From the NCBI RefSeq assembly GCF_009914755.1, contig NC_060931.1: DNA of 64,000 bases. One strand, 5' to 3'. The notes beneath the pieces were generated by a model, which made no database searches, had not been told where the DNA came from, and was given only the letters and a program-made list of their open reading frames with translations. Origin of the DNA: the human T2T-CHM13v2.0 reference genome, Homo sapiens. Of the stretch, positions 26,318 to 40,384 are shown piece after piece; the first letter of the stretch is position 1, and each line of letters starts with the position of its first letter. The translations under genes were made by a program, and so were the position numbers.

Positions 26318-27171
26318 CTTTCAAGAAGAAAAACACCGTGGGGTGGGACGCAAAGCAAGGGGAAGGGACTGCAAGATTAACTATCGTTAAAAACATCTTC
26401 GGCATACTGCCTACATGCTACACAAATGTTTCATAAAGTCAAAACTTCAAAACGGCTAGGTAAACAGCATCTACTTATACAAATAAAACTATATTTCCAC
26501 GATGTTAACAACCATTTCTAAATTCCAGCTACATTCTAAGCCCGAGGAACTGAGGCTTTTTAATTATGCAATATTAGTCATTGACATAGTGCTCAAATCC
26601 CACGCAGCATGAACCATGTTAGCTAAACTAACAAAATGAATAATTTAACTCTCTGCCAGCAGGAATTCACTATGCCACCTTCATTATTTACTTCACAATA
26701 TCCATTTCTATCATTTTTGAAAGAACGGCTGTAGGTGTTCAAGATGAGCCCACTGGCTGCCTATATAGTTTTTGATCCACATATCACAGGAAGATTAATC
26801 TGTCCTCCATTCCAAAAAAATCTATGTAATCAAGGATGTTTTAAAATCAAACTACCTCCCCCTCATTAAGTTCTAATCCATTGTGTCAATGATAGCTCAA
26901 GTAAAATATAATCAGTATTTCACCTACTTCAGATAAAGCTCATAAGCTATATTACTGTCACTGTACCAAAAAAAAGTATGCTATCACCTCATCAGTTGTG
27001 AATTTTTACACTTTCTACTATTTGAATTTGCTATTTCAATTTTTTGTTACCACACCAGAAAAAGATTCTTTTCTTTTCTTTTTAAGAAAGAACAATTTTA
27101 GACACAAAAAATGCTTCTACCATTTTCCTGCATAGGAAGAATTTTATGGCTTCTCACTGTAACTAACAGGG

Positions 27172-27176
<5 letters not shown>

Positions 27177-27206
<30 letters not shown>
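27177..27206 (+). repeat. Poly(A) run of about 30 nt, not attached to a recognisable retroelement
   Basis: Direct observation. Confidence 0.9.
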
Positions 27207-28551
27207 AGCAAGAGACCAAATGTGTTCACAGCAATCCAGAACAAATTTTGTCAGAGACCAATGCTTGAACTCATCACTCTCTTACACTCTGCGAATATCA
27301 AAAGTTTCCCAGTTACTCTATGGTTCACAGGAGGTCTAAGTTCAATTCTGTGGAGATGATGGCTATCATGGAGATCTGAAAAATGGTCCCTGCATCCAAT
27401 ACTGTCATTTTATATGCAGCTAGAATGGTATCAACTCATATTCAACTCCCGGTTAAAATAATTTTAAAAATAAATAAATACTGTCAAGGAAGAAAAATTT
27501 CAGGGATAACTATAAATTTCATTAAGATGTATAGCAGATGTTACACAGAAGATGAATATTCATTATATCTGGCTTCCTCTGCAATCCATTTTATCTTTAC
27601 GGTAATTTCCAAATATCCCAACACAAAATGCTTCCTATACAAAAATTCAACTATAACACGTATGTGATGCAGTCTGTCATTTTTTGCTTAGTTCAACATG
27701 ACTTAAGTTTGTTAATGTACTTTGACAGAGTTGCATAACATCCTAAAATGTTTTGAACAATGCAGTTTAGGCTGCAATGAAATATTTATGAATGAATAAT
27801 GTTCCTGAATATAAGTTTTAATATTTAATGATTCCGAGTGCTGCCTGGATTTGATGCAGAAGAAAAATGTGGTTTGGAATGACTGCACTTATCAAGGGAC
27901 CTGAGAAAAAGACTGCGGACGCCAGGCAAACCTTTAACCTAAACTTGGAACTGGGGTCTCAGGTGTGAAATTGATGCTTCACCAACTGAATTTCGAGTGC
28001 TTATCAGTATTCACAGGATCACACCACTTATCAAATGTCATTCATCAGAAATTTTAGAATTACTAGAAGCTCACATGTTTTGCCAAAGGTGGAAAAAATA
28101 ATAATAAGGTTAGTGCAAAAAATAACAATGGGTAGTCTAGCTTCAAGTGCATTTAGGAATCAACTCTGCCAGTTACATCAACATGTCATTTTGATTACTC
28201 CTGTTTTTAAAAATGCATGAAACTGTAATAAAGTAGCAAGTTCAGATCAAATAATGACTTGTCTCCACATCTTCTACTAAGGGAAGTACCTAATCTAAAA
28301 TATCACACAGCAAAGTTGGTCAATGAGTCAATTTAATCAAATCAATGGGTAATCTGCACAGATTATTGGATTTGTCTCATTTGCAAACAATCCTGTCTTA
28401 AAAATTAGCATTAAAACAGCAAGGAGAAGAGGATTTACTGACAAATCAGTTAACTAATACCCAAAATCACAGTGCTCTGAAGAAAGGACTTTAAAGTGTT
28501 CCTAACTGGAATGTTAGGAATGTTAGCATTTTAAAAATAAAACACTATTCA

Positions 28552-28644
28552 TGCTTGAGCCCAGGAGGTTGAGGCCGCAGTGCACCATGATCACCACTGC
28601 ACTCCAGCCTGGGATACAGAGAGAGACCCTGTCTCAAAACAAAC
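28552..28644 (+). mobile_element. 5'-truncated Alu right-arm fragment (AluJ/FRAM-like)
   Basis: tgcttgagcccaggagg...ctgtctcaaaac; TSD aacactattca at 28541-28551 and 28645-28655. Confidence 0.88.
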
Positions 28645-29068
28645 AACACTATTCAAAGAATAAGGCCCAATTTCCAATATTTATCTGCATTTCCAGTTCG
28701 CAATGGCCATTTCAACAATCACTAAAATATAATCTAGAGTTAGAATATCTGGGTTTTAGACTCTATTTTGCCACATACTGAATTTAGCATTGTAACATCT
28801 CCAAACCATTGGTTTTCTCACATGAAGATGGTTAATAGTACACTCTATGTCAAATGATTATTGTGGAATCCAATTAACGATACTGTTAAGCATTTTGGTT
28901 AAGCATTAACCAATAGGAACAAAGAAAAGTCTGTTTATTGAGCACCTACAATGTTTCAGGAAGGTACTGCTTTAGTTATACTTTCTTTACTGAAATTTCC
29001 ATTATGGTTATTATAATAAAAGGAAATGGCACTTTGTATATTGCCTTATTCTGTTTCTATAAAGGAGG

Positions 29069-29410
29069 AAAATAAGCACAAATATGTGGGTTAAACATTT
29101 TCTAATGTCTAAACTTTCATTAATGTCATATTTTGATAGTTCATAAAGTATCTTAATTTAGAAAAGGAAATTGTCAGTGACAATGATCTATTATTCAATT
29201 TGATATTACATGTTTTAAGCATTGATTAAAGTATTTAAAAATAAGCACAAATACATGGGTTAAACATTTTCTAATGTCTAAACTTTCATTAATGTCATAT
29301 TTTGATAGTTCACAAAGTATCTTAATTTAGAAAAGGAAATTGTCAGTGACACTCAATGATCTATTATTCAATTTGATATCACATATTTTAAGCATTGATT
29401 AAAGTATTTA
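29069..29410. repeat. Two-copy tandem duplication, 169/173-bp unit
   Basis: 29069-29237 and 29238-29410 are nearly identical (about 5 substitutions and one 4-nt indel). Confidence 0.95.
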
Positions 29411-30139
29411 TTGAGCATTTATTATGTGCTTACAACATTATACAAAGCATTATGTTTAAAAAATCAGATGGATTTTACCATCAAATATAGTATCATTCCT
29501 TTTTTATATCATGACATTATATAATGCTACTAAATTCACCTATCTCACTTTTATCAGATCAGCAATTTTATCAACAATTATTTCAAAAAGTGACAAAGAG
29601 AAACAAAACTGCTTAAAAATTTACACTGCAGAAAACTTGATACATTTGCCAATGACAGGTAATACTCTTCGTTCAATATGAGACCTTAATTGCCACCAGA
29701 GTCATTGAGAGTCAATTTCTTCTGTTAAACCATTTAAAAGAATTGATGCTACAATTTCAATGAAAAATCATTCGTGCTGAGCACCAGTCCTAATCCTATC
29801 AGGTAACAGTGGTATCTCTGCAAAGGTACACAGATTCAGTAATTAGACTTTTCTCAAGTATGAGTAACTGAGACAAAAAGGCATATAGATGTTCATTTAG
29901 AACATTTTTACCGAGCACAATCCAGAAATCTCTATTAAATTAAGGTGACTTTTATGATTATTCTATAATCTACAACGTACTTAAGGGAAGAAGAGAATAC
30001 CAGAAAAATGTCTACAAGGACACAAAAAAAAAATTAATGATGGTTACCATTGGGGAGTGAGATAGGGTACTGGGATTTAGCTTTTTTCACTTATGTGATG
30101 TTGTCACTTTCATGCAATTGTCTTATGTTTAAATATATT

Positions 30140-30422
30140 AGAGCAACACTGACTAATGCAAATATAATGCAGACTACATCTAGAAGCCACATTAGAAAAC
30201 TAAAAAGAATCAGGCCGAATTAATTTTAACCATGTATTTTATTTAGCCCAATACATCCAAAATATTATCAACATGTAATCAATACAATAAACTAGTAAAG
30301 AGATGTTATATTTGTCACACTGAGTCTCTGGAATTTGGTATACACTTTAGAGCATATTTCTGTTTGGACCAACCACACTTCAAGTGTTTAATAGTCACCT
30401 GTGACCATAGGACAGCACAGAG
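30140..30422. mobile_element. MER33-like hAT-Charlie MITE
   Basis: tatttagcccaatacatccaaaatattatc...ttcaagtgtttaatagtcacctgtg...ggacagcacag. Confidence 0.7.
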
Positions 30423-31399
30423 CTACAGTAAGTCTCAAAATCATAGCTAGGCACAAGTTAGGTATTTCTATTCCAAAACTTCAAAGCAATACAGAGGTAC
30501 ATGTTACAACTTCTCATCAGTTCTCGCCTCATAACATACAGCTGTGTGACTGTTAATTTCTAAGATCTTTATTAAGGCATAGCTTTAGATGGCATCTCCC
30601 TCACCAAAAATGATTTAATTTCTCTCTGCAAGGCCTGTGTTTAACCTACTATTCAATGCCCTCAATCCTTGCATGTTACCTTCTGGCATATAAATGAGAA
30701 TTCTTAAAATTACATATTTGTGTGCAAAGCCACTGACTACCTTCATTTCAGGGCATTAACTACATTAGCAGAGTCAGGTACTGCTAACCCTCCGGATCTC
30801 CTTTCAGAATGTCTTTTTTAAAAGCCAAACACAATGTTATCCCTTTCTCTCACATCTAACACTGCAACATTCCAGCTGCAGAGATCCTTGGATTTTTACA
30901 GAGGGCCTCCAAGCCCTTGAAAATGATTATCTGAACAAGCAAAAAAGCAATATACAACAATCAACCATTTAGCACCAATAGCAAAGTGAAAACTTATGTC
31001 AACTAAAAGGAATATTTTTCAAACTAAAAACTAAGTTGTTTTTTTTAATTACTTGTTAATCTGATAAGAAAAAAAGTCTTCTTATTTCTCTCACTTAGCA
31101 CTTTTGGAATTACACATGGCATAGCTTTCCAGAAAGGAGCAATGGCTCCTACAAAAGAGAAAAAGCTCATCTAGCTTCACTTAGCTAGTTTTTCTTCCAT
31201 TTTCATCAACAAAGAGATCTTTTACAATCTTCAGAAACTATAAAGCCAAGAAAAAATGAAAAAGGGCAAATGTAGAAGAGAGCAGACAGATTTTTAACAC
31301 TATACAACTAGGAAACGATTCTCTGAAATGAATGAATACACAGATGGATGCGATAGATAATCATTTTTACAGAGCGTTTACTTTGATTCTGTGTGAGTC

Positions 31400-31670
31400 G
31401 CTGTGCTGTACTAAGAACTGTACCTGGAATGAACCATCTGATCCTCAAAACAACGCTGAAGGTAACCCTGAGGTAAGAGTTATTATTGTCCTCCATCTTA
31501 CAGATGAGGCATCTAGAGTTATCATTGTCCTCCACCTGACAGAGGAGGTATCTGAGCCCTCAAGAAGTTATGTAATTTACTAAGTGGTCTCAGAACTAGT
31601 AACCCATGAAGCTGGAATTCAAACCCAAGTGGTCTGACTCCTAGGACCACACTCTTAACCATCACACTCT
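31400..31670 (-). mobile_element. MIR with internal 39-bp duplication
   Basis: cttacagatgagg...gctggaattcaaacccaagtggtctgactcc...ctcttaacca. Confidence 0.75.
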
Positions 31671-33478
31671 AGTGATCTTCACTTCAAAGAGAGAAAAGAG
31701 TTATCTGTAAGAATAAGCATTTTGTATCAAAAGTTTAATATGTGCCAGGTGCTTTATATATGTTATCTTATTTAATCTTCATTTGAAAAACATGCTTATC
31801 TGGTAGATATTCTTATTAACTTGGCTTCCTAACTGAAGAAAGTGAAGCCTGGAAGGGTAAATCACTGACTTGAGATCACAGATTACTAAGAGACAAAGCT
31901 GGCATTCAAATCAGATCTCTCCAACTCCAAAAGACATTAACTTTTGGCCCCTGGGTTTTTTCCTGAGATTTAGGTGGGTTTGATATTTGCTAATGGTAGA
32001 AATCCATGATAATTAGGCTTTCATAGTACAAAAATAATTTTATTTGTAGTTCGTAACAGTTTACAAACAGCATTCCTTATAGAGATAACTTAGGTGAAGG
32101 TAAGCACTGTTAAAAAAAAAAACACTCATATAAAAAGACAATTTGAGGCTACAACATAGCTTCAATTTGTAATTCATTTTTAGCTTCCCTTAATAGAATT
32201 AACTCAGAGTGGGAGTATATTTAAATAGTAACACATTTACAAATTCTTTTTCTTATCAAATATCTATAGAACCCTTACTAAAATTGCTCTTCCATTTAAT
32301 GTCACACAATAATGACCACCTCCTGAAACCTTCATATACAATACACTCATATTACAGTAAATGTTGCAATGATACTAACTTTCCATTGGTTTAAATAGCA
32401 ATTGAGCAAAAATAAAAATGAAAATGAATGACACTGTTATGTAGTTTGATTACATTTTCCAGGGTGAAATGAAATGCCCAAGTTATTGAAAAATAAAACA
32501 TGTATTTGAATGTCTAGGAGTTGCAGTATGTATACATGCCTATGAGGAAGGAAATGGGGTGGAAAACAATGTAAGCAGCCAAGGAGGTCAATTCGGATAG
32601 TTTATGAAAAATAAATCCTGAAAGCATTAAGGATCTATATACATATATATAATTAATCAAGATGAACCTCAGAAGGCAGTGTCTCAGATAAATGTTTCAG
32701 AGACAATGTGAAACACGACTTGCAGAAGACTGCTAGCAGAATGTGAAACTCCCACTATTGCCAATTCTTAAAAATTCCCTTAAGACTCATGTTTACAGGG
32801 CTAAAGCAGCACAGAGTTGGCAAACATGCTCTTAAAATAAATTGAGGCCTGTGTGCTGTAAAAATGGGCTTCCAATAGTAAATTAACCTTTCTGGGTTTG
32901 GGGTCAATCCCAGGAGAAGACAAGAAGATAGACAACTAGTTTTAAAAGCAAACAAGAATAACAAATGCCACAATCAAGCCTTTATTTTTATCTGTATGAG
33001 ACACAGAAAACTTAAAGATCTGGCATGACTCAAAAGTGTGATAGCTGAGATGATAATTTTGTCACTGTCCATCATATGTGACAGTGGAAAAGCACCATTT
33101 GGCTGTAAATACCAATTTTACTTCTTTTTTCTTACTATGACAATGCATTGCAATTTACAGTTGCCATGTTCAAATTTACACAGTCTTCTGTTTTACACTT
33201 GCCGAGGCCCAATGCTGACTCAAGCTCTTGCCCAAAGTGATCTGCCACCTTTCACTGGCTACTTCCTAACCCACCTGTTCTATTACTACAAACATAGCTG
33301 CTGAGATAAAAATACACGGAGGATAAAAATACCTTGAAAAGAAACATATGACATCATCTTTATAAATCAATTTAACCCTAACATTAACCCTTTTTAAAAC
33401 TTCAAAGGGTCCTGATGAAAATAATTTCCATTAGAAAGTCAACACTTAGAATTTTGAACCTGAAAGATATCTTAAAGA

Positions 33479-33777
33479 TTTTTTTTTTTTTGAGACGGAG
33501 TTTTGCTCTTGTCACCCAGGCTGCAGTACAATGGCGCAATCTCGGTTCACTGCAACCTCCGCCGTGGAGCGATTCTCCTGCCTCAGCCTCCCAAGTAGCT
33601 GGGATTACTGGTGCCCGCCACCATACCCAGCTAATTTTTGTTTTTGTTTTTGTTTTTCAGTAGAGACGGGGTTTCACCATATTGGCCAGGTTGGTCTTTA
33701 ACTCCTGACCTCAGGTGATCTGCCTGCCTCAGCCTCCCAAAGTGCTGGGATTACAGGCATGAGCCACTACACCCAGC
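33479..33777 (-). mobile_element. Alu (AluS)
   Basis: Antisense dimer with a small internal deletion near 33563; TSD cttaaagattt. Confidence 0.95.
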
Positions 33778-35700
33778 AGGCCTTAAAGATTTAATATGAG
33801 AATTAATGTGTACCTGGGTAAGAATTACCAAAACAAAACCAGATCCATCAGTTTTTCCATATATCTTATCAGTCATCTATCTAAGGAGGAGCATACCAGA
33901 GTGGCTTCAGAGTTCACAAAAGATAGGACTGACTGCAAAGGTGAGCTGTAAAAGCAAAAGGTAAGTGACAGCACAGCTAGCTTGTAAGTAAAGGTAAAAT
34001 TCAAATACAAGAGGGATTTAAAACCATCTAGCCTAGAGGTCAGGTTAACTAATGCCATGGTAGAAACTCAGCTTTCTGAGAGGCCAGAGCAGGAGGACCA
34101 CTTAAGCCCAGAAGTTGTATATCCAAAGAGAATGAGAACAGGACACTAACTAAAGACACTGAAACAATTAAGTAGCAGATGAAAGATAAGAGAGGAGAAA
34201 GGCAATGTGAAGGGGAAACTGCAGTAGGCAAGGAGAGTGGGCAAACTTTTTTAAATAACATAACACTTTGCAATGAAGACAATTTTCAAATGTTGGTACA
34301 TTTTATTTGAGTTCAGTGACCTGATTACCATGGCACGGCAAACTGAAAAAAATGTGTGTTTGGGATGCTGCTGATTTAACATTTGTATCAAACCACTGCT
34401 GTCATATTTGTAATAATGAGGGAGTTTATTCCAAAGATTATAGTAGAAGTATTTATGGTAATAATAATCATTCTTATTTTTGTTATTAAAAATACATTAT
34501 AAAAGTACATGGGTTCAATGCAATTTCAATATATTATTTCAATATATTGATCTTTACAAAAAAGTAGAATAGAAGCAGTATTTAGTGCTTTTAAAATTGT
34601 TTCCATTTTTAAATATGAAAAAACTGAGCTTAAAGAAACTGTGATTAATCTCTGCTCAGTTAATAAGCAGAGAGGCAGGACCAGACTCTGGTCTTCTGAT
34701 TCCCAATTCTGGGTTATTTTTGTTATCAAACAAACAAAAAACAAACCTAAAATCTCTTCCATCTCTAAACCACTTAGGTGTATTCATTATATTAAGTCAG
34801 CATATGTGGTTTAAGGGTGAAGCGCATGTGTCTCTCTAGGCTCATCCTCACTCGAGGGTGAACCTGAACAAGGAACTAGACCTATGCATGTCTTATTAGT
34901 GTGGGATCAAGAAAAGATCCAACAACCATATTTACTTATTTTCTCAGAATTAAGATCAACATTCATTTTGTTTAATGTGCTCATTTTTAAAAAGGAATTT
35001 GAAAATCAGGTCAGCATACAGAATCAAGAAACAAAAATCACAAAAGTATACGCTATATAATTTTTTAAGCCCAAAGCTCAGTCACTGATTTTCGCTTCTC
35101 ATGGAGTTTTCATTTCAATCTACAAATTTATTTGATTTTCCTTTTTTTGTATGTAACAAGCAAAAGGCAAACATCAAGTTATCCTTCAAAAAAATGAAGG
35201 AATGGTCAAATTCAATAATCAACAAGTATTTATTTAGTATCTACTATATAGAGGGTATTGTTTTACTTATAAAGCTAGAAATGTCACAAAGCTGTTTTAT
35301 TTCTTCTGTGACATTTGATCTTATGGCACAATTATACATTTATAGATAAGGTGTAATACTCACCAGTTAACTAAATCACATTTACGCCAGATCTGCTGTG
35401 GCAATTTTAGAAATACTGAGTCCACTCCAGGGCAATTAGAGTATTCCCAGCTATATCATATCTCACCTATTGCATATCTGTTGTATCTCGCCAGCTACAT
35501 ATAGGTCTCAGTGACAGGATTTTGTATGTACAGACAACTAACAAAGAACATTATTAAGTTACAGATTTCTTAAACTATATTAACTTAACATTAACCTAAA
35601 ATGATCTGGCAAGAATTAAAGTATCTAAACTCCCATAGTACTAACACAAAAAGACTATTCCATCCCACTAGTAACCACCCATCTAAAATAAATGAAAATA

Positions 35701-35984
35701 GGCCGGGCGCAGTGGCTCACGCCTGTAATCCCAGCAGTTTGCAAGGCCAAGGCAGGCAGATCACCTGAGGTCCAGAGTTAGAGACCAGCCTGACCAACAT
35801 GATGAAACCCTGTCTCTACTAAAAATACAAAAATTAGCCAGGCATGGTGGCACACACCTGTAATCCCAGCTACTTGGGAGCCTGAGGCACAAGAATCCCT
35901 TGAACCTGGGAAGGTAGAGGTTGCAGTGAGCTGAGATCGCGCCGCTGCACTCCAGCCTGGGCAACAGAGCAAGACTCCGTCTCA

Positions 35985-36023
<39 letters not shown>
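35701..36023 (+). mobile_element. Alu (AluS) with (TAAA)n tail
   Basis: Full dimer; TSD aatgaaaata. Confidence 0.95.
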
Positions 36024-36124
36024 AATTAATGAAAATACTAGCCAAATAAACAGATACGAGCAACCATGGTCATATGGGCATAACACAACACTGGTTTAAC
36101 TACTATGTTCCCAAAGTTTGCAAC

Positions 36125-36620
36125 AGTGAGAAAAAAACAAGGATTCATACTGGTGGTGAATTAAGTAACACAATTTCTTGAGGGCAATTTGACAATAATA
36201 ATATTTAGTATAACCTTTGACCTAGTAATTCCATTTCTAGGGATTTACCCTAAGGAAATAACACTGGATATGTGTAAATTTAATAATAAGGATATCCAAT
36301 GCAGAGTGTTCATAAAAGTGAAACATTCTGAACCATTTATTTGGAACCGTAAATGTCTAATAGTGAACTACAATTAAGTTATTTATATATGTACTGACAA
36401 CATATTTTTATGATATATTATGAGCAAAAATAAAGCAGCTCATAAAAATAGTAAGGACACTATAATACCACTTGTTATTTTTTTTCTCCTGTGTGTATAA
36501 GCCTGTGTACCAAAATATTTACCGTGGTTTTGTGTGAATAGTGAGATTATAGATGATTTTCATTTTCTTAACTTTGTTTGGCTGCATTTCTCTAATTTTC
36601 TAAACAGTGTGAGTTATTTT
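36125..36620 (+). mobile_element. L1ME-like fragment
   Basis: gagggcaatttgacaata...tttgacctagtaattccatttctagggatttaccctaaggaaata. Confidence 0.7.
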
Positions 36621-38581
36621 TGTAACTAGAAAAAAATACTTATTACTATCATGTGCCTTGTGATTTTCACTTTGATCTATATTGATAGGTACTAGGAAGC
36701 TGTTACAGGTGGGGTAATGATAAAACACAGAAGAGCAGACCAGGCTAATAAAGAATTGACAATGGCACAAGGTAAGAGAGAGAAGCAAGCAGGGGCAGAC
36801 CTAGGAGAGACCCACTTGATTGTGCCCATGTCTTTAGTTATTGTCTCGTTCTCAGTCTCTTTTTGGACATATACCATAACTCAATTCTACCATGGGATTA
36901 GTTAAACTGACTTCTAAGTTGGACAGTTTTAAATCTTAGTTTTATTTGAATTTTACCTTTACTTATAAGCTAGCTTTTCTGACACTCACCTTTTGAGACC
37001 CTAGCAAGCAGGTCAGTGTCCAGAAACCAATCCTAACGGAATGGCTGGCCCCGCACCAGCAGTGTGCAGAATGGCAGCAGTATCATCACTACGGCTGCTC
37101 ACTCCAGGTCCCTCCAACATTTAAAGACACAAGGGTAGAGAGAAACTAGCCACTCTCTGGACCTCCTTAGGGATGCCCTGCTACATCTCTGCTGAGCCTC
37201 CCTGTCTCCTCCCATGCTACAATATACGTGTCCCAACTTTCTGATTTTTAGCTTCCTGATTAATTTACTTGCCCTTTGAAAATGTCCTCTAATTCATTAC
37301 AGCCTTCCTGGAATTACTCTCTGGCTTCTCAACATCTGATATTATATGTCCCATAAACAACAGGACTATTATATTAAAACCATGAATTAGATCCGAGCAT
37401 CCTATTTCTCCCCAAGCCTATTAACAAGATGTTCTACAGGTTGAATCTCATTTAATTTGCCATTTACAGGATAACCTTTCCAGGTATGTCTCTCAAGTCC
37501 TTCCTGTTATTCTGGATACCTCTTAATATCTGTTATGTTGGGGGAAATCATCTGAATGAAGTAAGAAAATTGATTCTGTTTCTTTCCTAATGGAAAAAAA
37601 CCTGAGGAGATAAGAATAGTGCAACCAATTCATGACTGGACAACACCCTTAAGATGACTATCTTCCTAAGTGAAATGTGCATGGCCCCACACTGTGAAAA
37701 GCAATAAATATTTCTGTCTTTGAAATTACAAGATTGAGTGATCAAAGGGATCAAGTAAGAAGATTTCCTATTCTTCGACATTTTGCCATTAGTTATACAG
37801 TAAAAGACAGCTGTCTTTATGCATAGAACTGTCACCAAATGTTCCCAGACTCGGCAGATTAAGCTATCGATGGTTTTTAAGAGAAGAAAAAAAAAACAAT
37901 CAAAATGAGACTTTTCTGTATTCTACACACATGCAGAAAAGAAAAAAAAAAAAGAAAAAAAAAGCAATTTCATGGTGAAGGAAGGAGATATATTTATATG
38001 TCACAGCAAGGCCAAGAGTATTTCCAACAAAAATAAAAATCCCCTTTGCCACCTTCATAACATCTCAAAGTCTTACAATGCATAAGAATATGTTACATAC
38101 ATACATATATAACATTAGCCATATGAAATGTCTGAGACAAATTTAAATGACCACCGTAATAAAGAATTTGATCTTTTCTTTTTGTATTCTCTGTAGGCTT
38201 ATGTCAGTAAACTAGAATAAACATGTTATTAAAAGAGAATCAATAGGAGGCTTTAAAATATACACTACCACAAAAGGTCAAGCCCTGGTATCGATTTTAA
38301 TATAACATTTTTTGTGCAGCTTCCCAAAGGATTCTTTTCTAATATTGTTCTTCATTTTTCTCTCACTTTGTTCCCTGACTGGTGAATTTGTTGTTCTTGT
38401 CTGCAAAAAGCTGTCTAAAGCTGACTCTGCTGAGTATGTGTCATTCCTATGACAAGCTGCTGGCAAATGAAAAAACAAAAAAGACCAAAAAAAAAAAAAA
38501 CAACAACAACAAAAACCAGAACACAAAGGTAGTCAGTGGGAGGACAGATACAAGAGGCCAAGAAGCAAGAGATAATCTTCA

Positions 38582-39041
<460 letters not shown>

Positions 39042-40098
39042 TCAGGTTACGACAAAAAAAAAAAAACTCTGTCACGAAACCAGGGAAAGAATGCAATGTT
39101 TCAAGATACAAATCCATGTTACGCCATGCACCTCTTGAATCTAAGGCACCAAATGTTCAAAGGACATCTGGAATCCCTTTGACAGGGTTCATGAGGGCAA
39201 AAGTATATGCTCAGAGACACAAGAGACTTCTTGACTTCTGTCCCAACAGACAAGGCTTAAAGACTTACACAACATACGCTCTGGTTCAGTCTCATGTAAA
39301 ATGTAAGTGCAAACTATAGTACATGTTGTTCATGTCGTTTCAAATTTTGATTATGTTGTTAGCCAACAATAAAAATACTCTGAAAGCTTAGATGATATTC
39401 ATATACTGTCAAGTTTCCACTTTTAGACAATGCTCATTAAAAATGAAGGAAACTGAGCAACTGTCTCAGGACAGGACCTGAAACCAAAAAAACACTGCTC
39501 CTGGAGTTATAATGCAGTCCTCATATCAGAAAATGAAAGCCAATTAAGCCTACTCAACAGGAAGACATGAATCACAGTCACTTCCTAAACACTATGAAAA
39601 TCTGAAATGTTGGGAACGGGCTTGGAGTAAAAGAGAACTGGATTTGAACCTGATGCTGCCTGTTGTCAGGTCAAGGTACTTGCCCACTCCAAGCTACTTT
39701 TGTAAAATAAACCTGTAGAAAGCAGAGCTACCACATCCAATTGCTCCTCAGTTTGATGGCAGAGTGGGGGTCACCTAGCCTTGGATCCTGGAGGGGAATA
39801 TGAGGAGCATCATCTTATAGGCCACAATACAGGCCAAAGCAGGCTTCATCAGAGGGCTCTCGGGGAGTTCAGAGCTAATATATACAAATATATGCACAGC
39901 GCACAGTACACAGTGGACAATCATTAAATGGCAGTTGCTATTGTCATATGATGATTCTCCTGTCTCTTTTGACTTTTGGACAAATTCTATCCCATTTTAA
40001 TGTATTTAGCCACAACAGTAAAATATTATCGTAATTTAATATAAAATCCCTTTTTGGTACCTACTATATGACAGACAATGAATTTTGCCCTCATAGAC

Positions 40099-40384
40099 TT
40101 TCTTTTATTTTGAGACAGGGTCTCACTCTTGTCACCCAGGCTAAAGTGCAGTGGCGTGATCTCGGCTTACTACAACCTCTGGCTCCCAGGTTCAAGCGAT
40201 TCTCGTGCCTCAGCCTCCTGAGTAGCTGGGACTACGGATGCCTGCCACCATACCTGGCTAATTTTTGTATTTTTAGTAGACATAGGGTTTCGTCATGTTG
40301 GCCAGGCTGGTCTTGAACTCCTGACCTCAGGTGATCCGCCCGCCTCGGCCTCCCAAAGTGCTGGGATTACAGGCATGCCCAGCC
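40099..40384 (-). mobile_element. Alu (AluS)
   Basis: Antisense dimer; TSD ctcatagacttt / ctcataaacttt. Confidence 0.95.

Noticed and set aside
29069-29410. Repeat unit close to the 171-bp alpha-satellite monomer length
   Set aside because: Only two copies, no CENP-B box and no resemblance to alphoid consensus; the length is coincidental.
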